DNA from: Simkaniaceae bacterium
GTDB lineage: Bacteria > Chlamydiota > Chlamydiia > Chlamydiales > Simkaniaceae
Length of the DNA stretch: 31,091 bases
Assembly (NCBI GenBank): GCA_050248615.1
Contig: JBFWSA010000026.1
Coordinates: 1-31,091, forward strand
Reading direction: 5' to 3'
A program made the translations under genes and the position numbers. The notes under the pieces are model-generated. The model saw only the letters and a program-made list of their open reading frames with translations, searched no databases and was not told the DNA's origin. Position 1 is the first letter of the stretch; each line of letters opens with the position of its first letter. This document shows positions 17,865 through 27,813 of the stretch, in pieces.

Positions 17865-18896
17865 TTAAATGTATTCAAAATTCTGTATGCGACTAAAAAT
17901 ACGGTCGGTATCGAGGGCTTCAGCTTTATTAAGCTTACCATAGACACCAGCGACTTCATTGAGGCAGTAATAAGAAGGCTTTCTCCCTTCTATGGCGTGT
18001 ACAGCTTTTTTAAAATCTGCTGCAGCTTCAGAGACAGGATCGATAGCAAAAAGGACATGAGGCATGGGAAGGATAGAGGACTGTAACCGTTCCTCAATCA
18101 ATTGATCTATGCTTCCTACCACATAGACGAATAGGGAACATCCTGGAGGAAAATAGGTCGCGCAATTCCCCATGAGCTCCATGATAGCCAGACTGTTTTG
18201 AGTATCTGTTAAAGGGGGACGCCCCAGCTTTTCTGAGATGCTATGATGGCTGACCCTATACACACGGTGCTCTTTAGGGGGGTAGATCGGATCGACTAAA
18301 AATAGTAGGATTTGCTTCATGTGGGTGAGGCGAGAAATAATAGGTAATACGGGTAGACACCCTCCTGCCCCAAAATCAATTAATGCTACCTGGTCGTATC
18401 CTTTAAGATCCTCTGCCATTTGGATGGCTAGGGTATCGATCCCTTCAGGGCTTGCTGCAGCACAGAGGCAAGTCATGAGATGTTTCCAGTAGGCTTGCAA
18501 TTTATTGTGACCCACTTCTACAACTTTAAATCTTTGTTCCTTTAGCGTGAGAGGAAAGGCGCTGAGTTCTTGTACCCATCTTGTTTCTGTTAAAGGCTCA
18601 AAAGAGTACCACTGTAGCGTTTTTTTGTGAGAGCCATTCGTAAGGGTTTCACGAAATTTCTGAAAAAATATGCAGGCTTGATTCACCTCTTCCAATAAAT
18701 TTTCTTCGAGAGCTACTTGATAAACAAAAGCATGCGATTCAGGAGGGAGAGAAACTAATAAAGAAAAGTCTTTGGCAATCTGTACCACTTTATCTAAAGG
18801 GGTTGAGGGCTCTTGCGCTAGCTTGACATGTTCTAAGCTTTTCTTAAACCAAGATAAATAATGACCTCTAGAATCGTTGATGTTGCTTACTGCCAT
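17865..18896 (-). CDS. Hypothetical protein with class I SAM-methyltransferase-like motifs
   Basis: 343 aa; VALIDFGAGG (motif I-like) followed by a helix and LLFLVDPIY (acidic end of beta-2); AGGAG SD. Confidence 0.65.
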   Translation of the reverse strand: MAVSNINDSRGHYLSWFKKSLEHVKLAQEPSTPLDKVVQIAKDFSLLVSLPPESHAFVYQVALEENLLEEVNQACIFFQKFRETLTNGSHKKTLQWYSFEPLTETRWVQELSAFPLTLKEQRFKVVEVGHNKLQAYWKHLMTCLCAAASPEGIDTLAIQMAEDLKGYDQVALIDFGAGGCLPVLPIISRLTHMKQILLFLVDPIYPPKEHRVYRVSHHSISEKLGRPPLTDTQNSLAIMELMGNCATYFPPGCSLFVYVVGSIDQLIEERLQSSILPMPHVLFAIDPVSEAAADFKKAVHAIEGRKPSYYCLNEVAGVYGKLNKAEALDTDRIFSRIQNFEYI

Positions 18897-18925
18897 TCTC
18901 TAACTCCTAAAATTTTTTCACAAAA

Positions 18926-18954
18926 AGTATACCAGAAACATCTTCAAAACTGAA
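18926..18954 (-). promoter_or_regulatory. Putative promoter (TTCAGT-N17-TATACT, extended -10)
   Basis: Minus strand TTCAGT 18954-18949, TGG then TATACT 18931-18926, 30 nt upstream of ATG 18896. Confidence 0.5.
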
Positions 18955-18969
18955 TCATTAAAAAAATTG

Positions 18970-21009
18970 TTAGAGAGGAGATGAAGATTGGGGATAAAGA
19001 TTGACATCCCGAATGGGATAAGGAATTTTGATATCACTTTCTCGAAGAGCAGACTCTACCTCCCAGGTGTACCAAGCCTGGGTTCCAGCGGGGGGCGATC
19101 CATGCAGGGATTCATTGACCCACACAACCAGTTCAAAATCTAAGCTGCACTCTCCTATTTTTACGAGCCAAAGCTGGGGATGACGTTCTTTAACAGTAAT
19201 AGGAATTTTTAAGGCAGCTGCCGTTGTCACCTCTCGCACCTTCTCTTTATCACTCCCAAAGGCAACTCCAAAGGGGATGCGGATTCTGCGTACTTTATCG
19301 GAGAGGGTCCAATTCGTGAATTTTTTTGAGACGAGATCTGCGTTGGGGACAAGGACTTCAATATTATCAAAGGTTTTGACAAGTGTTGTTCTCACATTGA
19401 TTTCCATCACACGCCCCACCTCTCCCGATTCGAGTTGGACGTAGTCACCCACCCGGAGTTTTTTTTCTAAAAGGACGATAATACCAGACACAAAGTTATT
19501 AACGATCGACTGCAGTCCGAAACCAATACCGACTGAGAGAGCACCTGCAATCACGGCAAAAGCGGTGAGATCCAGGCCTACACCAGAAATAGCGATGATA
19601 ATTCCAATAAGGAGAATGCAGTAATATAAAAGGCGGGCTAAAGCGTAAAGTCCCGCCCGATTGAAGCGTTTTTGTTTTTGCCCCACCCGATTGATCCAGC
19701 GTTGCATGAACTTCGCAAGAAAATAGGCGATAATAATGGTGAATAGGGCCTTCAGAATCCCATAAGTCGTAATGGGAGTTTGCCCTATTTTAAATAAGCT
19801 ATTATGAGACCATTTGCTGATCTGTTTGAAATAAATCACAAAATTTTGCCAGTACTCATAGATGCGGTCGCTAAAAGAAACATAATGTGCATGAATCAAA
19901 AAGTCTGCTTGTTGGAATAAAAACTCATTCAATTGGATGTTTTGCCCTAGCATTTGAATGAAAGAGAGTGTTTTTTGCGCGAGTTCTATTTCGTCTCTAT
20001 TGGATTCTGCGATGGCTAGGGCTAAATAGTGTTCTGCAGCACTCTGCCAATCATCCATTTCGCGCTCGACTAAATCCTGTCCTTCTTTGAGAGAAGCGAG
20101 CTCTAGATAGATGCCTTTCACCCCTTTTTTTTGCGGTTCTTTCATCACTTGTCCCAAGATATACTCCACTTGGGCTTGAATGCTTTGCACCTGCGATTGA
20201 GCACGATTTAATGTCCCCAAGAGAATTTTTTGCCCAGATAATAAAGAGGCGCTAGTACCGATCTGTGTTTGAATGGTTAATAAATTCTCTTGAGCTTTGA
20301 TGCCTTGTATTTGGGCTCTTTCGATGTTCTGCTTCAACAGAGCTAATTCGATGGTGGTCGGATTCACGTGGTCGCGAGCAAAAGCAATTTCCTTTTCTAA
20401 CGTCTTGTTATAGTGCTCAATCGTTGAGGTTTCAGCTTGTAATAGAGAGAGTTTTTTTTCATCAATGCTAATAGAGATTTTTATGGCCATGACGGTCAAA
20501 CCTTTAATGACCCGAGAGGGGCTAGATTTAGTCATGCTTAAGTAAGCAGCTGTGAGGGCATCGAGGTGAGATTGATCTGATCTTAAATTGGTTTTTTCAA
20601 TGCGGATCTTTTGCAGTTTAGAGTTATAGGAAACTTCCGATTGGTTAAGAATACTTCCCAAGTTTAAAAACTCTTCAAAAGAATAGACTTCTTTGGGGGT
20701 ACGTTCTTGAGGAGATAAGGAAGCCCGTTGTTTCATCAGCTGTTCATAGGTGTTGAGGCCAATGATGATTTGATAAATTAAGGGGTCTGCTTGTTCCCTT
20801 TGAAGGGGAGAGAGGTCTCTTTTGAGGTTTTCAAGCGATTCGGTCGTTTTTTGAATCCGCACCCCAAGGCGCTCTTGGTCTACATCATAATAACTCCACC
20901 AATTCGCTTTTAAGTGTAGAGGATCAGGAGGAGTCAAGGGTTCAGACGGAGCTTCCTCCGAAAAGGCAATAGAGATGAAGAAAATGAATAAAATAAAAAA
21001 GTGACGCAT
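18970..21009 (-). CDS. Mechanosensitive ion channel, MscS/MscK family, with long N-terminal periplasmic helical region
   Basis: 679 aa; signal peptide, coiled-coil-like region, AGALSVGIGFGLQSIVNNFVSG, RVGDYVQL, VPNADL, NWTLSD. Confidence 0.9.
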   Translation of the reverse strand: MRHFFILFIFFISIAFSEEAPSEPLTPPDPLHLKANWWSYYDVDQERLGVRIQKTTESLENLKRDLSPLQREQADPLIYQIIIGLNTYEQLMKQRASLSPQERTPKEVYSFEEFLNLGSILNQSEVSYNSKLQKIRIEKTNLRSDQSHLDALTAAYLSMTKSSPSRVIKGLTVMAIKISISIDEKKLSLLQAETSTIEHYNKTLEKEIAFARDHVNPTTIELALLKQNIERAQIQGIKAQENLLTIQTQIGTSASLLSGQKILLGTLNRAQSQVQSIQAQVEYILGQVMKEPQKKGVKGIYLELASLKEGQDLVEREMDDWQSAAEHYLALAIAESNRDEIELAQKTLSFIQMLGQNIQLNEFLFQQADFLIHAHYVSFSDRIYEYWQNFVIYFKQISKWSHNSLFKIGQTPITTYGILKALFTIIIAYFLAKFMQRWINRVGQKQKRFNRAGLYALARLLYYCILLIGIIIAISGVGLDLTAFAVIAGALSVGIGFGLQSIVNNFVSGIIVLLEKKLRVGDYVQLESGEVGRVMEINVRTTLVKTFDNIEVLVPNADLVSKKFTNWTLSDKVRRIRIPFGVAFGSDKEKVREVTTAAALKIPITVKERHPQLWLVKIGECSLDFELVVWVNESLHGSPPAGTQAWYTWEVESALRESDIKIPYPIRDVNLYPQSSSPL

Positions 21010-21073
21010 GGTTAGTCCTTTACTATCTTCTAAAACTCAGTAGAGAAACTGTCAAGAAAGAGATGAAGAGAGA

Positions 21074-22171
21074 TTAATTATGGAAAAAGAGGATGACATC
21101 GCCATCTTGGACGATGTAGTCGCGCCCCTCAGAGCGGGCTTTACCTGCCTCTTTTGCCCCGGTGCGCCCTTTATAGGTGACCATATCTTCAAAGGAGACG
21201 ACCTCTGCTCGGATAAAGCCTTTTTGGATGTCAGAATGGATTTTGCCTGCAGCGATTTGCGCTGTGGTATTTTTCAAGATCGTCCAGGCGCGGGTTTCCT
21301 GCTCACCTGTGGTGAGGAAAGTGATGAGGCCGAGGGTTTCAAAACCCACTTTGATCAGGCGATTGAGGCCGGGTTCTGATAGGCCCAGGGTATCCAGATA
21401 TTCAGCTGCTTCTGCATCAGAAAGCTGGACGAGCTCTTCTTCAAGTTTTGCGCAGAAGGGGATGACTTGGCTGTTTTCTTTGGAGGCATAGTCTTGGACG
21501 CTTTTCAAGTGGGGGCTTTCGAGAGCGGTAATATCTTGTTCAGAAACATTAGCAGCATAGATCACTTTTTTTGCTGTAATAAAATGGTAGGTGCGGAGGA
21601 GTTCTTGTTCTTCTTTCGTAAGGGGAAGGGAGCGGACGGGTTTACTTTCATTCAGGTGGGCGAGGACTTTTTTGAGGGCCTCTAAAGTGGGAACAAGGTC
21701 TTTGTTTCCCTTGGCTTGACGTTCGATTTTTTGGAGGGTATTTTCTGTCATTTGCAAATCGGCTAGGATGAGTTCGAGATTGATCACTTCAATGTCATTA
21801 ATAGGGTCCACTTTTCCTTCAACGTGGATCACTTCATCATCTTCAAAGCAGCGGACAACATGGATGATGGCATCTGTTTCACGGATATTTGCCAGGAATT
21901 TATTTCCCAATCCTTCCCCTTTGGAAGCTCCTTTAACGAGTCCAGCAATATCGACGAAGGTAAGAGTGGCAGGGAGGATCTTTTTGCTTTTTGAGATCTC
22001 AGAAAGGATGGGGAGACGGGCATCAGGGACATCTACAATCCCGATATTGGGATCGATGGTGCAAAAGGGATAATTCGAAGCTCCCGCTTGTTTTTTCTTG
22101 AGAAGGGCATTGAAGAGAGTCGATTTGCCTACATTGGGAAGACCGACGATACCGCAGGATAGATGGCTCAT
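21074..22171 (-). CDS. ychF: Redox-regulated ATPase YchF (Obg family)
   Basis: 365 aa; GIVGLPNVGKST, NYPFCTIDPN, DIAGLVKGASKGEGLGNKFL, TGS domain GDVILF. Confidence 0.97.
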   Translation of the reverse strand: MSHLSCGIVGLPNVGKSTLFNALLKKKQAGASNYPFCTIDPNIGIVDVPDARLPILSEISKSKKILPATLTFVDIAGLVKGASKGEGLGNKFLANIRETDAIIHVVRCFEDDEVIHVEGKVDPINDIEVINLELILADLQMTENTLQKIERQAKGNKDLVPTLEALKKVLAHLNESKPVRSLPLTKEEQELLRTYHFITAKKVIYAANVSEQDITALESPHLKSVQDYASKENSQVIPFCAKLEEELVQLSDAEAAEYLDTLGLSEPGLNRLIKVGFETLGLITFLTTGEQETRAWTILKNTTAQIAAGKIHSDIQKGFIRAEVVSFEDMVTYKGRTGAKEAGKARSEGRDYIVQDGDVILFFHN

Positions 22172-23052
22172 GATAAATGGAGTTGGGGGTTGAGGTTTTC
22201 TAAAAGGGTTGTGGGTTCTTGGAGTTCGGGATCGAGCTCGTTGTGTAAATAGGAGATAAAATTGAGGGTGAGATGAGAGGTTTCTGGGAGTTTTTGTTCA
22301 AAGTAGAGGGTTAAGAAAAGTCTTGTATGTCCGGTCACCTCTTCCATACTCCGATAAAAGGCAATGGCAGGAATTTTACCAATATCCACAGCATAAACAG
22401 CAGAAGGGAGAATGCAGAGATCGTCTAGATTGTAATCCAATCGGTATTGAATCTCATTTTCCCGTATAGGCTGCTTAAAAGGGACACGGAGGGCATAAGG
22501 ACGGCCGAGCATTTTTTTGACTTTTTTCAGGTCCCCTTGCATTAAGCACTTGCGGATGCGTCCACTCGAGATGGGTTCTTTGTGATAGGTTTCTTTGGGA
22601 AGGTATTCTGCGCTGAATTTTAAGATTTTCCCAAGTTCTCTAATCGCTTCAGGGGTGCCGGCACGGTCTTTTCCCAACCGGGCATCACTTCCTAAAACAA
22701 GATGGGTGAAGGGGAGTTTGGTATGAAGGTTTTGTAAGAAGGTGTCATAGGAGAGTGCAGCAAGCTTTTGATTAAAGGGAAGGACGATAGCTAAATCAAA
22801 ATCAAAGGTTTTTAGAAGATGGAGGCGATGCTCCAGAGAGAGGATAAGGGGGGTGGGTTTGTCTGGAGTAAAGAGCGTTGTGGGGTGATCAGAGAACGTC
22901 AGGATGACACGTGTTCCCTCTTTGCGTGTGTGTTTTTGCATCTCTTTAAAGAGGTGCTGATGCCCGATATGGACTCCATCGTAAACGCCAATTGTAAGGG
23001 CTATAGATCCTTCTATTTTAGGAATTTGATCAAGATGGGTCACGATCTTCAT
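22168..23052 (-). CDS. ribF: RibF-family FAD synthetase (FMN adenylyltransferase); C-terminal riboflavin kinase domain degenerate
   Basis: 294 aa; TIGVYDGVHIGH, ISSGRIR, LGRPY; conserved position after truB; kinase motifs GRxLGFPTAN and ExH absent. Confidence 0.85.
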   Translation of the reverse strand: MKIVTHLDQIPKIEGSIALTIGVYDGVHIGHQHLFKEMQKHTRKEGTRVILTFSDHPTTLFTPDKPTPLILSLEHRLHLLKTFDFDLAIVLPFNQKLAALSYDTFLQNLHTKLPFTHLVLGSDARLGKDRAGTPEAIRELGKILKFSAEYLPKETYHKEPISSGRIRKCLMQGDLKKVKKMLGRPYALRVPFKQPIRENEIQYRLDYNLDDLCILPSAVYAVDIGKIPAIAFYRSMEEVTGHTRLFLTLYFEQKLPETSHLTLNFISYLHNELDPELQEPTTLLENLNPQLHLS

Positions 23053-23738
23053 ATCTGCTTCCTTAGGTAGGGCATATACAAAAAGGATGGGTCAGATAGG
23101 GATTTTGCGTCAACGCAATCTTTGAGGCAAAAACTACCACTACGGGTTCTTTGAAGGGCAGTCAGATGGGCATAACACCCTAATTTTATGCCAATATCGT
23201 GGGCTAAGCTTCGGACATAAGTTCCTTTAGAGCAGGCAACACGCATTTTTAGCTCAGGATAGGTGTAATCGAGAAGTTCTATATGAACATGTATTTGAAT
23301 GGGTTTGCGTTCAACCACGATCCCTTGACGAGCAAGAGTATAGAGTTTTTGTCCCTCTATTTTTTTGGCTGAGAACATGGGAGGGATTTGCTCAATGCAT
23401 CCTTGAAAATCCTCAAGAACAGCTTCTATCTCATTTAAGGAGGGGACTTTAGTGCTGCTTTCCGTGAATGTTCCGTCACAATCAAAAGTATCTGTAGCAA
23501 CGCCCAGTTTTAAGGTAGCCTGATACTCTTTATCATCGTTTAAAAATTTGTCAGACATCTTGGTATAGGGACGCCCAATCAGCATGACCATGACACCCGT
23601 GGCAAAGGGATCTAGGATCCCTGCATGGCCAATTTTTTTGATTCCCGTCAGTTTGCGCAGCACCTTTACAAGGTAGAAGGCGGTACGCTCTTTTTCTTTG
23701 TCAACCAGGAGGATGCCTTCTCCCTTAGGATTATTCAT
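23049..23738 (-). CDS. truB: tRNA pseudouridine(55) synthase TruB
   Basis: 229 aa; GILLVDK, GHAGILDPFATG with catalytic Asp, PPMFSAKK, CSKGTYVRSLA. Confidence 0.96.
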   Translation of the reverse strand: MNNPKGEGILLVDKEKERTAFYLVKVLRKLTGIKKIGHAGILDPFATGVMVMLIGRPYTKMSDKFLNDDKEYQATLKLGVATDTFDCDGTFTESSTKVPSLNEIEAVLEDFQGCIEQIPPMFSAKKIEGQKLYTLARQGIVVERKPIQIHVHIELLDYTYPELKMRVACSKGTYVRSLAHDIGIKLGCYAHLTALQRTRSGSFCLKDCVDAKSLSDPSFLYMPYLRKQI

Positions 23739-24099
23739 GCTTTTCGCGAGACTCCTCTTCTTGATGAATTTTTTTAAGGAGAGAGTCGATTTTCATTTGT
23801 TTATCGACAGAAGTATCCAAGCGGAAAGTGAGGGTAGGAAAGAGGCGCATGACAACTTTTTTGGAAGCATTTACCGAGATAAAACCTGCGGCAGATTCTA
23901 AGGCATCGATCGTGTTTTTACGCTCTTGTTCTGTGCCGATGACACTGATGTAGACTTTGGCATGTTGCAGGTCTTTGGTGATGTCCACCTCGGTCACAGT
24001 TGTAAATTCAGATACATGGGGATTGCGGACATCATTGCGAATCACTTCACTAATGACTTCCTTAAGAAGAGAGTTTAAACGTTTGGTGCGTTTGGTCAT
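23731..24099 (-). CDS. rbfA: Ribosome-binding factor A
   Basis: 122 aa; [28 protein letters not shown]; follows infB. Confidence 0.96.
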   Translation of the reverse strand: MTKRTKRLNSLLKEVISEVIRNDVRNPHVSEFTTVTEVDITKDLQHAKVYISVIGTEQERKNTIDALESAAGFISVNASKKVVMRLFPTLTFRLDTSVDKQMKIDSLLKKIHQEEESREKHE

Positions 24100-26444
24100 A
24101 ATTCTTGTTGGATGTAGGTGATTTCAAAGGTCTTAATGAGATCCCCTTCTTGGTAATCGCTAAAGCGTTCCAAAAGGATTCCACATTCTAACCCTTTGCT
24201 CACTTCTTTCACGTCGTCTTTAACACGTTTAAGAGAGGCAATATTCCCTTTCCAAATCACTTCTCCATTACGGATCAACTTGGCGTGTTGCTGACGTTTG
24301 ATAATCCCATCTGTAACCATACATCCTGCAATCGTTCCCAGCTGAGAGGCTTTAAAGGTTTGTTTGATCTCTGCAGTCCCACTTTCAGACTCTTGACGGA
24401 CTTTATCCAATGAGGCTTGCATGATCGCTTTGACGTCATCGATAATTTGGTAGATAATATCCCGTTTTTTTACGATGACTTTTTTCTCTTTGATGAGATT
24501 TTCAGCATGACTTTCTACTTGTGTATGGAATCCAATAATCACAGCATTAGAGGCTGCTGCAAGCTCAACATCGGATTCTGAGATTTCTCCAACGGCTTCA
24601 GAGACAAAATTGAGTTCGACTTTCTTGGTTTTAATCGCAAGGAGAGAGTTACGGATCGCTTCTACAGAACCTTGAACGTCGGCACGTAGAATTAAGTTAA
24701 CCACTTTCTTTTCAGAAAGTTCTTGTTGGCGAGACATGATGCTTTCGAGTTCGCCACGTCCACGTTGGAGGGAAGCACGTTTAGCTCCCGAGGTTCTTTC
24801 TTCCGTCAGTTTGCGCGCCAGTTTCTCATTTTCAACGACGATAAATTCACATCCTGCTTCAGGAACTCCAGACATTCCTGTCAGTTTAACAGGTGTTGAA
24901 GGACCAGCGAAACTCACCGCTTTTCCATGTTCATCATGCATCGTTTTAACGCGCGCATAAATATCTTCAAAAACAATGGCATCTCCAAGGCGTAAAGTTC
25001 CATTTTGAACAAGGACGGTTGCTACAGGTCCAAAGCCTTTATGAAGCTCGGATTCCAAAACGGTTCCTCTTGCCCGGCTATCGGGATTGGCTTTAAGCTC
25101 TTGCATTTCTGACTGGAGGGCGAGCATTTCTAGGAGTTGAGGAATCCCTTCACCAGATGTTGCAGAACACTTTACAGTAATCACACTTCCTCCCCAAGCT
25201 TCAGGAAGGAGTTCGCGGTCGGCTAGTTGGCGATGGACATTTTCCATATCAAAACCCCGTTTGTCGCATTTATTGATCGCAACAACAAGAGGAATTTGTG
25301 CTTCTTTTGCTAAGTTAATCGCTTCCTCAGTTTGAGGCATAATTCCTTCATCTCCTGCAACGACGAGAACAACCACATCGGTTAAGGCGGTTCCCCTTTG
25401 ACGCATGAGGGTGAAGGCTTCGTGACCAGGAGTATCCAGAATGGTGATATCCCCCTGTTCGCGGTGACACTTAAAAGCCCCGATATGCTGAGTAATGGCT
25501 CCGGCTTCTCCACCGGCGATATTGCTTTTGCGAATGACGTCGATTAAGCTTGTTTTCCCATGGTCCACATGACCCATAAAGGCGATCACAGGTGCACGCA
25601 GCTCCAGTTTACTGGGGTCGGTTTCAGCGATCTCTTCCTGAATGGTTTTGTCGGTAATCCGTAAGCGCTCTTCTTCACTGGTGTCGATTGTGATTTCACA
25701 TTGAAATTCATGGCCTAAAAGTTGGATGGTAGTTTCATCATCAAGATAGTCGTTAATGGTGATGGCAATCCCTTGCATGAAAAGCTTGGCAATGAGCTCG
25801 GAGGCTTTGAGTTTCATGGCTTGGGCTAAATCTTTGACGGAGATCGGAATCCGTACGGAAAGTTCCTTGGGACGGATCACTTCAGTTTGATCTTTGGGTG
25901 CTTTATAGCGAGGGCGTCGCCGTCTCCATGTACGCTCTTCCCCTACGCGCAGACCTTGGCGGTCTCGGGCATCAAATCGGGAGTCTTGCTTTTTACGTAA
26001 ATCGCGCGAAGTGCGGCCAAAACTCGCTTTAAAACCCTCTTCTTTTTCTGGTTCGACTGCAGGCTTTTTATCTTTTTCCCGTTTTTTGAGATCTTCAAAA
26101 GATTCTGACTGCGGTTTTGCCTTCTCTTCTTTAGGAGGTTCGATTGTTTTAGACTTGGGAACAGGTCCGAGTTTGGCTTTGTGCTGCTGCGGAGGCGTTT
26201 TGGGTTTAAGGGGAGGAGATTCTTTCGGTTTCTCTTTAGGGATAGAGGGACTGGGCGCTGTTTCTTGAGGAGCAGCATTTACAGGAGGTGTTTCCTTTTC
26301 TACTGGAGCGACTTCCTTTGGTGGAGGCGCTTTAGGGGGAGCCTTTTTCTTGGGTGCAGCTTTCTCTTCATTCTTTTCTTTGTTTTGTTTAAGAGCAGCA
26401 GCAAGTTGGGCATTTTTAACTTTTAGCTTTAAGTTTTTTGCCAA
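24096..26444 (-). CDS. infB: Translation initiation factor IF-2
   Basis: 782 aa; [36 protein letters not shown] start with AAGGA SD; Pro/Lys-rich N-terminal linker. Confidence 0.97.
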   Translation of the reverse strand: MAKNLKLKVKNAQLAAALKQNKEKNEEKAAPKKKAPPKAPPPKEVAPVEKETPPVNAAPQETAPSPSIPKEKPKESPPLKPKTPPQQHKAKLGPVPKSKTIEPPKEEKAKPQSESFEDLKKREKDKKPAVEPEKEEGFKASFGRTSRDLRKKQDSRFDARDRQGLRVGEERTWRRRRPRYKAPKDQTEVIRPKELSVRIPISVKDLAQAMKLKASELIAKLFMQGIAITINDYLDDETTIQLLGHEFQCEITIDTSEEERLRITDKTIQEEIAETDPSKLELRAPVIAFMGHVDHGKTSLIDVIRKSNIAGGEAGAITQHIGAFKCHREQGDITILDTPGHEAFTLMRQRGTALTDVVVLVVAGDEGIMPQTEEAINLAKEAQIPLVVAINKCDKRGFDMENVHRQLADRELLPEAWGGSVITVKCSATSGEGIPQLLEMLALQSEMQELKANPDSRARGTVLESELHKGFGPVATVLVQNGTLRLGDAIVFEDIYARVKTMHDEHGKAVSFAGPSTPVKLTGMSGVPEAGCEFIVVENEKLARKLTEERTSGAKRASLQRGRGELESIMSRQQELSEKKVVNLILRADVQGSVEAIRNSLLAIKTKKVELNFVSEAVGEISESDVELAAASNAVIIGFHTQVESHAENLIKEKKVIVKKRDIIYQIIDDVKAIMQASLDKVRQESESGTAEIKQTFKASQLGTIAGCMVTDGIIKRQQHAKLIRNGEVIWKGNIASLKRVKDDVKEVSKGLECGILLERFSDYQEGDLIKTFEITYIQQEL

Positions 26445-26447
26445 AAT

Positions 26448-27722
26448 TTATGTCCTTATTTTGCGCAATTTCTCCATGAGATCATCAGCCATTTCTACGC
26501 TAATTCCCGTCTCTTTTGAGAGCTCTTTTGAGGAGATATTGAGAATTTTTCTAGGGGTATCATACCCTGCTTCTTTAACTGTATCAATCACGAATTGATT
26601 CATGCCTTCAATTTTATCGATTTCAACATCAAGCTCGGGACCCTCTTCCAGTTGCATCTGTTGACGTTCAAAACTGAGTTCTGATTGGTACTCAGATAGC
26701 TTTTTCACGTCAAGCTCTGCACCCACAAGCTCTGCATTGAGTCGTGCATTCATTCCACGTTTCCCAATGACTATGGGGTAGTCTTCATCCTCAACAACGA
26801 GAAAGATCGTTTTTTTCTCTTTATCGAAATTGAGTTTTTTAGGCTCAATGGGATGGAGGAGACTTTGCAGAAGTTGGACTTTGTCTTCAGTAAAAATGAC
26901 AATATCGATCTTTTCGTTATTGAGCTCTCGAATAATGTTCTTTACACGGGTTCCTCGAACACCGACACAAGCTCCTAAAGGGTCCACTTTAGAGTCATTG
27001 GAGTAGACGGCAATTTTGGTCCGATAACCTGCTTCACGAACAATCTTTTTTATACCCACTGTTTCATCATTGAGTTCGGGGACCTCTTGCTTGAAGAGTT
27101 CTTCGACCATTTCTGGATGGCTGCGTGATAAAACCACTTCAGCACCGCCGTTTTCGGTATCTCGCACTTCCCAAAGGAGGGCTTGGATGCGGTCTCCGAC
27201 ATGGTATTTTTCTGTTTTAGGATAGAAGCGATCGGGGAGAATAGCCTCCACTTTTCCTAGGTCGACAATCAGTGTTGCCCCTTTGACGACACGTTTAACA
27301 GTTCCAGAGACGAGTTCGTGGATGCGATGACGGTATTCTTCATAGATGACATCCCTTTCTGCACTCCGCAGTTTTTGTGAAATGACTTGGCGCGCGGTTT
27401 GGGCAGCAATTCTTCCAAATTCGTCAGGAGAAATCTCCACTTGAATAAACTGTCCAAGTTCAGCTGTAGGATCGATTTCTTGGGCGACTTCAAGGGTGAT
27501 TTCTTCTTCAGGATAAGTCACGGTCTCAACGACTTCTTTTTCAGCTTTGACTTGAATGGTGCCACTTTTGGGATCGATGGTAACATTGACAGGTCCCACC
27601 CCTTTCATGCTTTTACGTGCAGCAACCTGTAGGGATTCTTCGATTGCTTTAATGATCGTTTCTCTTTTGATCCCTTTTTCGCGCTCTAAGTACTCAAAAA
27701 TAGCTACTAAGTCTTTATTCAT
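26448..27722 (-). CDS. nusA: Transcription termination/antitermination factor NusA
   Basis: 424 aa; FGRIAAQTARQVI, S1 and KH domains (REAGYRTKIAV, GACVGVRG, IGKRGMNARL). Confidence 0.97.
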   Translation of the reverse strand: MNKDLVAIFEYLEREKGIKRETIIKAIEESLQVAARKSMKGVGPVNVTIDPKSGTIQVKAEKEVVETVTYPEEEITLEVAQEIDPTAELGQFIQVEISPDEFGRIAAQTARQVISQKLRSAERDVIYEEYRHRIHELVSGTVKRVVKGATLIVDLGKVEAILPDRFYPKTEKYHVGDRIQALLWEVRDTENGGAEVVLSRSHPEMVEELFKQEVPELNDETVGIKKIVREAGYRTKIAVYSNDSKVDPLGACVGVRGTRVKNIIRELNNEKIDIVIFTEDKVQLLQSLLHPIEPKKLNFDKEKKTIFLVVEDEDYPIVIGKRGMNARLNAELVGAELDVKKLSEYQSELSFERQQMQLEEGPELDVEIDKIEGMNQFVIDTVKEAGYDTPRKILNISSKELSKETGISVEMADDLMEKLRKIRT

Positions 27723-27751
27723 TGCCTTCTACATGTTTAATGTTTTATATG

Positions 27752-27784
27752 ACTAAAACCTAAGGTGTTTACCTAGGTTCTAGT
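27752..27784 (-). terminator. Stem-loop between rpsA and nusA (terminator, attenuator or processing site)
   Basis: Minus strand ACTAGAACCT-AGGT-AAAC-ACCT-T-AGGTTTTAGT: 14-bp stem with one bulge and one G-U; no clean U-tract after it. Confidence 0.5.
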
Positions 27785-27813
27785 ATCGTCGTCAAATAAA
27801 AGTAAAAAAGTGT

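Noticed and set aside
25900..26400. Pro/Lys/Glu-rich stretch in the IF-2 N-terminus as a possible repeat insertion
   Set aside because: Normal variable linker of IF-2; no DNA-level repeat or palindrome seen
26442..26450. nusA stop is in frame with infB (TAA ATT TTG), suggesting a read-through fusion
   Set aside because: TAA is a tight stop and infB has its own SD; an in-frame arrangement arises one time in three by chance
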